Below, piece after piece: positions 1 through 11,225 of a stretch of DNA of 64,000 nucleotides. The stretch's first letter is position 1; each line of letters starts with the position of its first letter. The stretch is taken from the NCBI GenBank assembly GCA_032718475.1, contig JAUCBJ010001936.1, positions 1 to 64,000 on the forward strand. The letters run 5' to 3'. The translations under genes were made by a program, and so were the position numbers. The notes under the pieces are model-generated. The model was not told the origin of the DNA, did not search any database, and saw nothing but the letters and a program-made list of their open reading frames with translations. The DNA is from Nemertoderma westbladi (lineage: Eukaryota > Animalia > Xenacoelomorpha).

Positions 1-373
1 TGGTGCAATATAGACGAAAAAACGTTTTTGAAAGATCCTGTCTCACCCTGTGATGAGGGAGGCGAAACTATCATTGTAAAAAGATTTGTAAATCACATTT
101 CTCTTGAATTTTTCCACACCCCTCGTACGGATGTGCTTGAAAGGGAATATTGCAGACTGTTAGGGCCCGCTGTTTGGAGGTGGGCAGGAGATTATGCAAA
201 CAAGGCCCTTTGACAACGAGGCATTACGCCAAATTTAGATGTGTTTGTCAAACGTCCTGTTTGCGAAAGGTCTCGTTTGCGCGTGTAAAGTCCCATCCTT
301 TGTTGGTGTAATAGTAATGTCTCGTTTGCGTAACTTTCCTGTTTGCATACCATTGTCACAGCACAGACGAAGA

Positions 374-404
<31 letters not shown>

Positions 405-1142
405 GCGGAATGCCCCACCGGGCATTCCAACTAACCCTAACCAAAAAAAAACGAACAAATAAATCCAAGTTGGCTTGGTTGGATGCTGGCTAGGCCTACG
501 CAGTACTGCAGTATTATTATACTTAAGTCTATGGGGAGGGGGACATTACGCGCGGGGGGGGGGGGGGGGTTATTCGCCAATGACACCGTCCGTCGCCCAG
601 AATATGAGTTCACAAGTTTGAACGGCCATTAATATTGTACTATAATTGTCACGCCTTTTCAATGAGAAACTGAAAGTTTTAGTAAGATTTGAAGCAGTTA
701 CCGGTACAGATTGTTTCACAGCATTCTGCTTACAATGACAGTTCTGCTCTACTATAGGTATTGATGTTAAAGACTAGCTGTAGTGAGTACCGGTAGGTAC
801 TGTATGTACTTCCGGATAAAAGCACCATCTGCAACAACCATTACGCTGAAGTACAGGAGGTAGGCCTTCCTATATGGGATGTACAGTACTACCGTATCAC
901 ATACTACCGTCATCAAGGACAACTACATTGCAATAATACCGGTCTGCCGGTACTGCTAAACTGGGATACCTTACCGACAAGTCCTATCTGTAATGTACTA
1001 TATAGTAGGCGAATGCAATACAGTACGGTACGCTAGGCCTACGGTACTGTACGTCTACTGGTTTGGTAGACTGAACGATCTGCATTGCTGCACCAGCATA
1101 CTGATGCTGTTTGTAAACGAAACTGTAAAAATGTTAAACAAA

Positions 1143-1220
1143 AGGACCTGATCCAGGATTGAACACAGTACTTACACATCTTAATTCTATGGCGTTTTAC
1201 CGATTGAGCTAACCCGGGGC
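1143..1220 (-). mobile_element. Degenerate tRNA-derived SINE head
   Basis: The minus strand has an A-box-like TAGCTCAATCGG and a B-box-like GTTCAATCC at tRNA spacing, but no good cloverleaf. Confidence 0.4.
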
Positions 1221-1301
1221 TGGGATAAATCACCAGAACAACAACTAAAATTGCATACAACTACCGGACCTACTACAGTATAATAGCCTGCTGCATAGAA
1301 G

Positions 1302-1424
1302 CAAGGACTTCTAGAACATAGTATACATTCTAATATAGTATAGTATACATTAGTACATTACATTAGTATAGTATAGCATACATAGTATACATTCTTAATA
1401 TATATTATGTTCTAGAAGTCCTTG
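1302..1424. mobile_element. 123-bp MITE with P-element-type termini
   Basis: Perfect 19-bp TIRs (CAAGGACTTCTAGAACATA / TATGTTCTAGAAGTCCTTG), flanked by a 7-bp direct repeat ATAGAAG (1295-1301 and 1425-1431). CANRG termini with a 7-8 bp TSD are typical of the P superfamily. Confidence 0.75.
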
Positions 1425-1477
1425 ATAGAAGCTGCACGCACATTGAGATTTTGCTTGACAAAAATATTATTTCCACT

Positions 1478-2290
1478 TGCCACCACGCAATCCACAATTG
1501 ACATGCTCCAATGCAGCGTGCATTAATAATGCTATGCAGGCTTATCAACGAAATTGCGCCGCCTGAACTCCCTTCTCACCCATGACTTTCGCGAGATTCT
1601 CCGCATCTTCAAGGCTTGCCCTTTAAGTGGGGTCTCAAAAAAGTCATGGGTTGTCCACCATGCTTATTTTATCCAGGTGGAGTGGCTGCCAAAGCACAAG
1701 ATTGTGCATGGTTCTCACAAAAAACCACAAGGTTGGTTCTCACGGCAAAAGCAATGTCCTGCAAAGCAGAGGTTCAAGTCCTTTGTTCAAGTGTCAAGCT
1801 TGGGAAACCAATGAGACACCTCCAATGTCATATACAGTAGTGTCTGGTTGGAGATGTATGTATTACTGTATAATATACTTGACACAGTGAAGACGATGTA
1901 GGATTATTGTGTATGTGCCATCCAGAGATTTGGTATCCTCAGCAGTTAGATCCCAGCATGGACTCCCATAGATGAGTAGTGGTACTAAACTGCTGCTCTA
2001 AATAATCGAACCTTAATTAAGTTTCTGATATATTTTGTTTAAATACCAAAACCTGGAAAGCTCAATTAATGATGCCCGCCCATGACTTTCCCTTACTTAT
2101 TATAAGGTCCCTCACCTGACTTCTGGATCTCAGCTCAAGCACACCCTCCTTGAATGTTATGCTCATTGACATTTCCTGAAGTAGAGTAAACAAAAATATA
2201 AACACTAGAAGCAGCTTTCTCCAATGAGATGAGAGCCGTTATGCACCCTCTTGATTCCGAGAGTACTCATCACCAAAGTCAAGATCGGTG
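1478..2290 (-). mobile_element. Degenerate RTE-clade LINE 3' fragment (copy 1)
   Basis: Clear nucleotide homology to 9895-10900 (e.g. CCAATGAGACACCTCCAATG, CCCAGCATGGACTCCCATAGA), with many indels and stops. Ends are approximate. Confidence 0.85.
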
Positions 2291-2622
2291 TCCTATTGGC
2301 GCCAATGCTTTAACCCGCAATAACATTGGAATTCAGGAATTAAGGCCACATGCACTGAAAAACTGTATGAAACACTTTGATGACAGCTGTTTAGTATTTA
2401 TTTAGTTTATTGAAGACTAATGTTATAATTATAATGTAAAAGTTGCCTGAGCATTGCTGTAAGAATCATCCAGACTGTACTTATGGTAGATCAGTAAGTA
2501 GGGTATGTTGAGATAAATAATGCATTACATCTGTAGTAATTTAGAATAGAATGCCTTGGTTATATCTTATTTGTGTATAAACTCAAACTGGCATTTAAAA
2601 CATCATACACCGACTTGCTGCA

Positions 2623-5600
2623 ATGACTGAATCTATCATATCAGAGTTTATTAATTCCATATTCATGGATGTAGATGTCCTTCTGTCCAGCTTTAACAGA
2701 CCAACTCCGCATAATAGTACACTTTTACATGTACACGATGCTCAGAATGAAACTAAACCCAAGAAATATCTAGCTGAAAGTTCTCAATCTACAGCGCATT
2801 ATGCTAGACATCACTTCACTTCTCTTGGTTTAAATTGTTCAGATCACCAAAAGAAATTACAATTAATTTCTGTGACTGAGTTGAATACATTTAAGGATTC
2901 AGAGATGAGTTTATTTGGCCAACCCTTCCTTACTCAACTTCACTATCCTAACATAATTCATGTAATACCAGATATCATTTCGGAAATGCTACATGATACA
3001 TTCCCTCAATCTAATTCATTAAATGTTAGGCATGGTTTAAACAGGAGGACAAACATACCAACATCACGTTTCAGTAACAATCATTCTTACTATGGGAACC
3101 AAGTTTTTGTATATAGTAATAGACAAATTTGCAGTTTGGAATTTCCTCCACCGCCTTTGTCCGTATCACCAATAACTAACTGTGTTAGAACACAAATGAG
3201 ATCAAGCGAAGAAAGCTCAGAAATTATGGTCTCTGTTTTGGATAACCCTGTCATCAGTAATGTGTTAAGTTGCCTTAAAGACCTATACAATGTATTGTGT
3301 TCAAAGAGACAACTACCACTATTTAAAGACTGTGAAGTTCAATCCAGTGTATCACATTTTCGGTCTGAAAGCTTGACATTATTAGTTTGTATCCATGGTT
3401 CCAGTTCTGTTCCAACTTTTATGAAATTTGATTTGCCAATCACACCAGATATTGGCCTAATAAGTAACCAAATACCATTTTTTGGCATACAAGGAACGGA
3501 TGCCAAATTTCACAGTATCAATGGCTTCATCCATGTTATTGATAACATTTTAAACCAGATAGGCAATAAACAAACTACTTCCATCGTGCACCCTTTGCTT
3601 AATAACTTAGCCTTGCTGCCAAACTCTTCTGTTTCTGGGGATAAGTCTGTCTCCATAAAATCATATGATTCCTATCATGACATTGATGACAAAGCAATAG
3701 TTTATAATATTGGTTTATCAGAGCCTCCTGTTACTCCAAGAATCTTAATTGGCAGCAAGAGGAAAATATGGAAGGGCCTTAGTTCAGAAAATGTACATCA
3801 CCAGTATTTATGTCGTGAAACTTTAGCTGATTCAGTTTTGCCAACAGGCAAGGCAATTAGTGAATATACTGGATATAAAGCACATCCCCATCATAACGAA
3901 CATATTACTGATCAATTCATAAATATTTATCCACCAAAGCGCCAAAAATTGGATAACAGGAAATATGTTGTAAGTGTATTTGGTGGCAATTTTGGCAAGA
4001 TGGAGATGCACACACAAATACAAACGAAGGATTTGGAATATCAGTACCAGGAAGACTGTAAATTGAATAATAAAAATGGTGAATTTTACAATATTCAACA
4101 TTTATTATTAGATATGTTCTACCAAGACAAATTTATACATGATAATATCGATAAATATTACACATATCCATGTGCACAAACTAATAATATGAACCAAGAT
4201 TATCAATGTGATGAAATGCTATTGAGTTCTGATTTAGCAGTAAAAGACCAGCTGGCCAATATAAAAGAAGCCATTGATATTGGATCAAAATCAATTAATG
4301 AAAGTCAAGATGTCAACTATTTGAATAACAAAGATATAGAAGGAGGCCAAGTCAATGCAACTCCAAATACAACCAAATTTATGGAAGTCATACCTATCAA
4401 AGGAGAGCAAGTTAATACAAATGTGGATGACATTTGTATTGTAAGACAATATATTGTAGATAATAATAAACCTTTGGAACTCATGGATTTTGATGAAATT
4501 ATTGAATGTGAGAATGTTGTGCGAGCCACTGCACACTTTGCAAATGAAGGTATAATATCAGAAAATATTCATGTTGAGGAAACTACAAATAAAGAAATTA
4601 AAATAATCAATGAAACTGACCAGGTGGTTGCTGAACACAGTGATACTGTAAGAAAACATATTGAAAGAAGTAATGAAGAAAACCTTAATATTGAACAGCT
4701 AGGTGTTATGGGAATTAATATAAAATACATTGATAGGGAGGATGCTTTAGGATATACCAATCCTATGGACAACTATGGTAAAGAAAAATTCCTTCGAAGT
4801 GGCAATATAATGATTAATGATAATGATATGCAATCAAAACAAATTGAGAGAGAACATGTCCATTTATATCATCATGCTATGGAAGACACAGAAAGTGTAG
4901 GAAATAGTCGAATTTCCAAAAATATCAACAATGAACATGAACAGGGTGAATTATATGAAAAGGAACAAGTCGTTTGTGATGATAATGAAATTAAACTTGT
5001 TATAGAAAATAATTTGGTTGAAACGGATATTGAAATTATAAGAGAACATATTGAAAATTTCCACGATATGTATATTGAGCAATGTATCGATATTGACACA
5101 AACAAGGTTCTGCAAAACGAAAGCATAGGAGATATTGATATTACTAAAATGGAACACTTAGCAGTTGATATTGAAGATCCTCATAAGATTGCTGTTAAAA
5201 GAGATCCAATTACAAAAAAGGAACACATTGCAGAAGACAATCATTATATAAGATATATAATGAAAGAAGCAATGAATGCTGTTATTACAGAAGATAAAAT
5301 TATTGATAAAATATATGTTAATCAAGAACATCCTGATAATATCCATGTTGTAAAAGACCTGGACATTAAAAGAAATTACCAGGTTGGCGAATTCTTGGAT
5401 ATTCAAAATGACAATGCTGTCACAAACCTGGATATTGAATATGATCACGTTTCGGCAGACCTGGATAATGCATTGGAGCAGGTGGTGGATGAATTGGACA
5501 TTGAATATGACCAGATCATGGCAGATCTTTATATTGGAAATGACCAATTTAGTAAAATTGACAATTTTGAGGAAGAAAACATAGATGTTACGCTTGAATA

Positions 5601-7548
5601 TGGTGAATATGACCAAATTGTGGCAAACTTGGATATTGAAAATGATCAGGTTGTAGCAGACTTGCAAATTGAAAATGACCAGGTTGTAGCAGACCTTGAT
5701 ATTGAAAATGATCAGGTTGTAGCAGACCTGGATATTGAAAATGGTGATGTTGTGGCACTCCTGCAAATTGAAAATGACCAAGTTGTAGCAGACCTTGATA
5801 TTGAAAATGATCAGGTTGTAGCAGACCTTGATATTGAAAATGATCAGGTTGTAGCAGACCTTGATATTGAAAATGATCAGGTTGTAGCAGACCTTGATAT
5901 TGAAAATGATCAGGTTGTAGCAGACCTTGATATTGAAAATGATCAGGTTGTAGCAGACCTGGAAATTGAAAATGACCAGATTGTGGCAGACCTGCCAATT
6001 GAAAATGATCAGGTTGTAGCAGACCTGGATATTGAAAATGGTCATGTTGTGGCAGACCTGGAAATTGAAAATGGCCTGGTTGTAGCAGACAAGAATATGG
6101 AAAATGATCAGGTTGTGGCAAATCTGGATACTGAAAATGATCACATGGTCGAAGACCTGGATATAAAAAATAAATCATTTATCAAAATCTACAATTTTGT
6201 CGAAGAAGAAGTGAACATTAAAAAAGAAGAACATGGTGAAAATTACCAGTTAGTTGAAGACCTGCATTTTGAAAATGATGAAGTTATCTCAGACCTGGAT
6301 ATTGTATATAAACAGATTGTGGCTGATGTGGATATGAAAAATTATCATTATGGTAAGACTAATAATTTTGCGAAGAAAGACATTGATGACAAGGGAGAAC
6401 ATGATGAAAATGCCAATTTTCTTGAAACAATTTCCATTAACAGAAAACTATTAGATAATGTCCAGGTCGAAACATCCTGTTCTATTGAAAGAGAACAATG
6501 TGTATCGGAACATATGGCAGTGAATTTTTATATGGACATAGGCCATTTGGATGATACGTATAGAAATATGGAGGATGATGATCTTGATAATATTGATTCA
6601 AACTTCTTTAAAGATAAGATTACAATGGGTCAAACATCAAATAATGCGAGTCAAGGGATAGTGTTTGAAAAGGATGGGGAGCAAAAGCAATCAAACAATC
6701 GAAGAAAATGGAATCAAGATGAGGATGATTCTAGAATAATTAGCAATGTTGATTGGAACAGCAGTGTCATCAACAAACATGTTAATATAGCGGATGATAA
6801 TTTAGGAGACAGACCAAACAAAAGGTTCCGGACAGAAATATGTCAACAATCATTTCGTTTTGATCCTGTTTGTGGGGAAAAATCTGACTCCAATGTGAAT
6901 GTGGAAGTAAGTTCGCATGACGATAACAGCAATCCAAGGTACTCCTTAAAGTTCACTCAGGAATATCAATCAGGAACCAGTCAGCATGGAATCTTTGATG
7001 GTGAATCTAACAACGATCGACTCAGCAATGGTTTTGAACACGAGCAGCTTCATGGAGGTAAATTTAGTCAACCAACACACAGTCCAGTATTCCATTGTGA
7101 GGTTTCTGGTGCAAATCTTCAGGATGAAACAACTGATCAAAAGTCTCCAATCATACCGTTGTGTAGTGCACCATCGCGTAATGTTTCATCCACTGACGAT
7201 TTCAATAAATCTACTAAAGCAATCACGAAACCCCTAGAGCATTCAGCGTCTCTTCGAGATCAACTTGTACCAGAAACACCAGTTGGTAGTGATGATGAAG
7301 CTGATGATTTTCTGGAAACCTTTGACGACATTCAATCTTTGAAACAGGTCTATACAGACGTGGATGCTTCTCTGATACCAGCCAGTCTACTTCGGTGTCA
7401 CCAGGCTGTATCCCAATCGGAATTTGTCCCACCACCAGCAGCGCATTCTCTACTACGACCCGCCCCCATACACTTCCAGCACAATATATGCCGCTCTTTG
7501 GGACTAACCAGATCCAAGTCTAGGTTCAACTTACATCCATACCACTAA
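2623..7548 (+). CDS. Single-exon 1641-aa acidic, low-complexity protein with an internal 11-aa repeat and a C-terminal RAD51AP1/RAD51AP2-like motif
   Basis: ATG-initiated 4.9-kb ORF in AT-rich DNA, mostly non-repetitive, with AATAAA at 7626-7631. The C-terminus LGLTRSKSRFNLHPYH has the same spacing as the RAD51-interacting motif (RAD51AP1 LGLSRLARVKPLHP, recalled). Coding status is likely; identity is tentative. Confidence 0.8.
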   Translation: MTESIISEFINSIFMDVDVLLSSFNRPTPHNSTLLHVHDAQNETKPKKYLAESSQSTAHYARHHFTSLGLNCSDHQKKLQLISVTELNTFKDSEMSLFGQPFLTQLHYPNIIHVIPDIISEMLHDTFPQSNSLNVRHGLNRRTNIPTSRFSNNHSYYGNQVFVYSNRQICSLEFPPPPLSVSPITNCVRTQMRSSEESSEIMVSVLDNPVISNVLSCLKDLYNVLCSKRQLPLFKDCEVQSSVSHFRSESLTLLVCIHGSSSVPTFMKFDLPITPDIGLISNQIPFFGIQGTDAKFHSINGFIHVIDNILNQIGNKQTTSIVHPLLNNLALLPNSSVSGDKSVSIKSYDSYHDIDDKAIVYNIGLSEPPVTPRILIGSKRKIWKGLSSENVHHQYLCRETLADSVLPTGKAISEYTGYKAHPHHNEHITDQFINIYPPKRQKLDNRKYVVSVFGGNFGKMEMHTQIQTKDLEYQYQEDCKLNNKNGEFYNIQHLLLDMFYQDKFIHDNIDKYYTYPCAQTNNMNQDYQCDEMLLSSDLAVKDQLANIKEAIDIGSKSINESQDVNYLNNKDIEGGQVNATPNTTKFMEVIPIKGEQVNTNVDDICIVRQYIVDNNKPLELMDFDEIIECENVVRATAHFANEGIISENIHVEETTNKEIKIINETDQVVAEHSDTVRKHIERSNEENLNIEQLGVMGINIKYIDREDALGYTNPMDNYGKEKFLRSGNIMINDNDMQSKQIEREHVHLYHHAMEDTESVGNSRISKNINNEHEQGELYEKEQVVCDDNEIKLVIENNLVETDIEIIREHIENFHDMYIEQCIDIDTNKVLQNESIGDIDITKMEHLAVDIEDPHKIAVKRDPITKKEHIAEDNHYIRYIMKEAMNAVITEDKIIDKIYVNQEHPDNIHVVKDLDIKRNYQVGEFLDIQNDNAVTNLDIEYDHVSADLDNALEQVVDELDIEYDQIMADLYIGNDQFSKIDNFEEENIDVTLEYGEYDQIVANLDIENDQVVADLQIENDQVVADLDIENDQVVADLDIENGDVVALLQIENDQVVADLDIENDQVVADLDIENDQVVADLDIENDQVVADLDIENDQVVADLDIENDQVVADLEIENDQIVADLPIENDQVVADLDIENGHVVADLEIENGLVVADKNMENDQVVANLDTENDHMVEDLDIKNKSFIKIYNFVEEEVNIKKEEHGENYQLVEDLHFENDEVISDLDIVYKQIVADVDMKNYHYGKTNNFAKKDIDDKGEHDENANFLETISINRKLLDNVQVETSCSIEREQCVSEHMAVNFYMDIGHLDDTYRNMEDDDLDNIDSNFFKDKITMGQTSNNASQGIVFEKDGEQKQSNNRRKWNQDEDDSRIISNVDWNSSVINKHVNIADDNLGDRPNKRFRTEICQQSFRFDPVCGEKSDSNVNVEVSSHDDNSNPRYSLKFTQEYQSGTSQHGIFDGESNNDRLSNGFEHEQLHGGKFSQPTHSPVFHCEVSGANLQDETTDQKSPIIPLCSAPSRNVSSTDDFNKSTKAITKPLEHSASLRDQLVPETPVGSDDEADDFLETFDDIQSLKQVYTDVDASLIPASLLRCHQAVSQSEFVPPPAAHSLLRPAPIHFQHNICRSLGLTRSKSRFNLHPYH
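5610..6165 (+). repeat. Coding 33-bp minisatellite (DLDIENDQVVA)n
   Basis: About 16-17 in-frame copies of GACCTTGATATTGAAAATGATCAGGTTGTAGCA, near-identical in the centre and degenerate at the flanks. Confidence 0.95.
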
Positions 7549-8330
7549 TTAAGGACGAACTGTTGGCTCCGAAGTTTATATTTTATTTACTTATTTTGTC
7601 AAATTATTTTGTGATATTATATATTAATAAATGTGTATTTTATCATTTAAAATAGTATTTATTTATTACAGTGGTGTAATGAAAGCGGAAATTATCTAAG
7701 ACTTAGCATTTGATTTTTGATTTTATATTAATAGTTTAACTTTAATAATTTATTTTGTACAAGTTATTTTATTATTTTCTAAGACTTAGAAAGTACCAGA
7801 TATTATTAACCGTATTTGTATTACATAAATACCTGGTAAATATTTAAATAGCTTATTGTTTGAATATTTGTTGTAATGTTGAAATAATATTAATGTTATT
7901 ATATTTTATGTAAGAATTACATGTAATTATTGTTTTGTTTATGTAACACCACCAGTAAGCAATATTTTTTAATTTAATTCCCAATTGAACTATTTCCCTT
8001 GTAGTTTTTTTTTGTTTATTTAATTTACTCGGTTTATGTATGCGGAATGGCTATTTAAGATTTTATTACATTGTTTAAAACGCAACTGAAACTGATCAAT
8101 AATTTATAATTTAATCTTCTACCGAAATGAAAGTTTAATTTGTTGAAAAGCGGAGAGATTGCCTTGTGGGGACCTAAAATTACAGTCACCAGTTACAACT
8201 TCCCAAAACCCATTTTAATTTTAACAAAAAAGTTAAATATTACTAAATTAGTTTGTTTCTCAGTGATTATTTGATATTTATTTTATCTATCCAAACATTT
8301 TGTAAGTCGAGCTTATAATATATGTGTAAG

Positions 8331-8429
8331 TACAGTTTAATAAGTATAATATTATATGAGTACACTACACGTCCATACAGTTTAATAAGTATAATATTAT
8401 ATGAGTACACTACACGTCCATACAGTTTA
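8331..8429. repeat. 45-bp tandem duplication
   Basis: TACAGTTTAATAAGTATAATATTATATGAGTACACTACACGTCCA occurs twice, followed by a partial copy. Confidence 0.9.
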
Positions 8430-8738
8430 AATTTCGTTTGGTTTATATGTATAGGCAAAACTGAAGGTCTACAGGTACCAATTAATATCAATTTTTGTCG
8501 TGTATGGTAAATGATCTATTTATGATATAATTCAGACCTAATTAAATTGTTTATAAGTTTAAAACTTCATGATAAATATACAGTGCGGTCATTGAAAATT
8601 ATTTTTTATGTAAATTATACTTTAGCTAGCAGAGCACCCTGCTGCTACCAGAAAACCGGTGTTGTTAATATAGTAAATAAATATACAGGATAATTGATTT
8701 ATTATTGGTGTTATTGGTGAATGAGTGGCTTCATAATA

Positions 8739-9054
8739 TTATAACTTTTTGTTGGGCACAGCTTTTTGCAAAGTCGGCAATGACGTCCAGGTGGGATCGA
8801 ACTGGTGACCTCCGGGTTGGAAGTCTGACGCTCTATCCATTCAGCTAGCGGCTCAGGTAAAAGATAGACCTGGAAATACTATCTGATACGCTTGTACTGT
8901 ATGTCCGAATTTACCTCCTCATGGTGTATCTTTAACCTGAGCCGCTAGCTGAATGGTTAGAGCGTCAGACTTCCAACCCGGATGTCACCAGTTCGATCCC
9001 CACTGGACGTCATTGCCGGCTTTGCTAAAAGCTGTGCCCAACAAAAAGTTATAA
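8739..9054. mobile_element. Palindromic element made of two divergent tRNA-like (SINE-type) units
   Basis: Inverted arms of about 130 bp (8739-8870 and 8923-9054) around a spacer of about 50 bp. Each arm has an A box (TAGCTGAATGG), a B box (GTTCGATCC), a CTTCCAA anticodon-like loop (Gly-TCC-like) and a shared tail ending AACAAAAAGTTATAA. Confidence 0.8.
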
Positions 9055-9378
9055 GGATAATTGATGGGATATTGAGTTACTATCATCCACTAGTGGAGTA
9101 GCATAGCGAAATAATTGTGACAAAATTGCGAAAATATTTTGTGAGTAACATTGGTTATACAGATGACAAAAATCCCCTGCTCCAAAAATATTTATAGTGG
9201 ACGGCTGGAAATTCTAAAGAAATTGGCATAATCTAAGCCATACAAAAGGTACAGTAGTAGAGTAAGGAAGAATAAGGATCGAAATTGTGACGTTCTAGAA
9301 TAATTTAATTAATTTTGCAATTTGCTGTGATTCGATAGGAAAGGTAATTAACACTGACTTGTCACACATTGATTGATA

Positions 9379-9502
9379 ATAACTTTTTGTTGGGCAAAGC
9401 TTTTGCAAAGCAATGACGTCCAGGTGGGATCGAACTGGTGACCTCCGGGTTGGAAGTCTGACGTTGCCGACTTTGCAAAAGCTGTGCCAAACAAAAAGTT
9501 AT
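9379..9502. mobile_element. Internally deleted copy of the palindromic tRNA-like element
   Basis: It keeps both termini (ATAACTTTTTGTTGGGCA...TGCCAAACAAAAAGTTAT) and part of the left tRNA-like arm; the centre is missing. Confidence 0.8.
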
Positions 9503-9894
9503 AATAATATGATACATCTCAGTAACTAGAAATGGCAAACAATTTATAATTAGATCAATATAATTCCATCACATATTTAAGGTAACTGTTGCAAAAAATT
9601 ATACAATAGCACTGCAAGAAATTTAATAATTTCCACTTATTATAGCGAAGATTTTCACATAAATTTATATAATTATCATAGTTTTAAAACCACAATATTT
9701 TATTATATTACGAGTGAATTATTTTGGGAACAAGGTTTTTGAAATCTGAGTGGGTTAAATTCACTTGGTGGTTTCTCTAGACGCAATCAAAATTAAACCT
9801 ACTGTAGTTCAGGGGAAGTCGGAACAGCTATAATTGCGAGCGAAAATGAAACTGTAACCTACGGGTATATTATTGATACCCATTGTTCTACTAG

Positions 9895-10900
9895 GATCGG
9901 CATGCTGCATTGCGCAGCTGCATTTTTAAGAATGCTGTGCCGGCTTATCGACAAAATTGCACCGCCACAACTCCCTATCACCCATGAGATTTGCTAGATC
10001 ATCCGCATCTTCAAGGCCAGTGTCCTTTAAGATGCGTCTCAAGAAAGTCATGGGCTGTCCACCATGCTTATTCACTCCATGAGGCTGCCAAAGTACAAGA
10101 TTATGCACTGGATGGTCCTCACGGCGAAAGCAATGTCCTGCAAAGCGGAGGCGATTTTGTTCTAGTGTCAAGCTTGGAGGATCCAATGAGACACCTCCAA
10201 TGTTATATAGTGTCTGGTTGGAGATGTGTGCATTGGACTTGACACAATGAACCCGGCGTAGCATTCTTGTGAATGTGCCGTCCAGAGATTGGGTGTCCTC
10301 AGCAGTTAGAGCCCAGCATGGACTCCCATAGAGGAGTACTGGAACTACTGCTGCTCTAAATAACCGGACCTTAAGTTTCCGATTAATTCTCGGTGACTTC
10401 CAAATCCTGGAAAGCCTATTCAAGGCTGCCCATGCCTTTCCCTTACGTATTCGAAGGTCCTCACCTGACTTCCGGATCCATGATCCCAGGTAACAGAAGT
10501 CATCCACATCCACAAGTTTGTCCCCCACAAAGTGTCAAGTGTCATCCACAAGTCAAGCATACCATCTTTTGAGCTTATGCTCATCCGATCAGAGAGTTGC
10601 TGAGGACTTTCAAAGTTAACTGTCAATATTTTGGTCTTTCTGGAGTTAATAAAAAGACCAACACTAGAAGCAGCATGTTCTAATGAGCTGAGGAGCCGTT
10701 GGGCTCCCTCTAGTGATTCTGAGAGTACTACTAAGTCATCAGCAAAGTCTAGATCAGTTAGGTACTTGGCAGGATTTCCTCGACTTCTGGAGCCAATAGG
10801 TGGAGTTATCATCACCCCATCATCATTATGATGATCTAAGGACATGCGTAGAACATAGTCAACAACAATTATGAACAAGAATGGTGCAAGTGTTCCATGT
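9895..10900 (-). mobile_element. RTE-clade LINE, 5'-truncated reverse transcriptase and C-terminal region (best-preserved copy)
   Basis: ORFs 10420-10917 and 9926-10528 carry GTLAPFLFIIVVDY, LTDLDFADDL, GLFINSRKT, FCYLGSW, VLLYGS, LDGTFTRMLR and RLRFAGHCFR, with one frameshift near 10530. Confidence 0.9.
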
Positions 10901-11225
10901 TGTTCGGAAAATTTCAAATAAGCTAAATCAACACAAACAGGTTACATAAACTCCTGGATTACAGCCCAAACCCTAATTAAAACTGTCTTGTAACCCTATC
11001 CTAAAGATTGTGAAATAATTCGGGTAAATAGTGATTGTCCGACATTCAAAAACAATTCTAGATCTGGTAGAATTCGACAGCAGGGGCTTCACTTTATCAT
11101 TAACCACATGCAATAAGGACTATGTATGAGATCATTGCGACAAACTAGGTAAAGATGGTTAAAATTTAACATTAAACACATTTTATACACCTAAATGCTA
11201 TTATCATCTTTTATTTGCTTTGCAG

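Noticed and set aside
192-600. Poly-Gly/poly-Pro ORFs and facing C and G homopolymer runs
   Set aside because: The ORFs arise from the homopolymers. The two runs may be inverted ends of a small repeat, but similarity is too weak to call and run lengths are error-prone.
5158-6178. Antisense 328-aa and 196-aa repetitive ORFs
   Set aside because: They are shadows of the 33-bp coding repeat on the opposite strand.
8923-9012. Functional tRNA-Gly gene (and likewise a tRNA at 35015-35087)
   Set aside because: Acceptor and anticodon stems pair poorly and each sequence continues into a repeat body, so they are treated as tRNA-derived elements.
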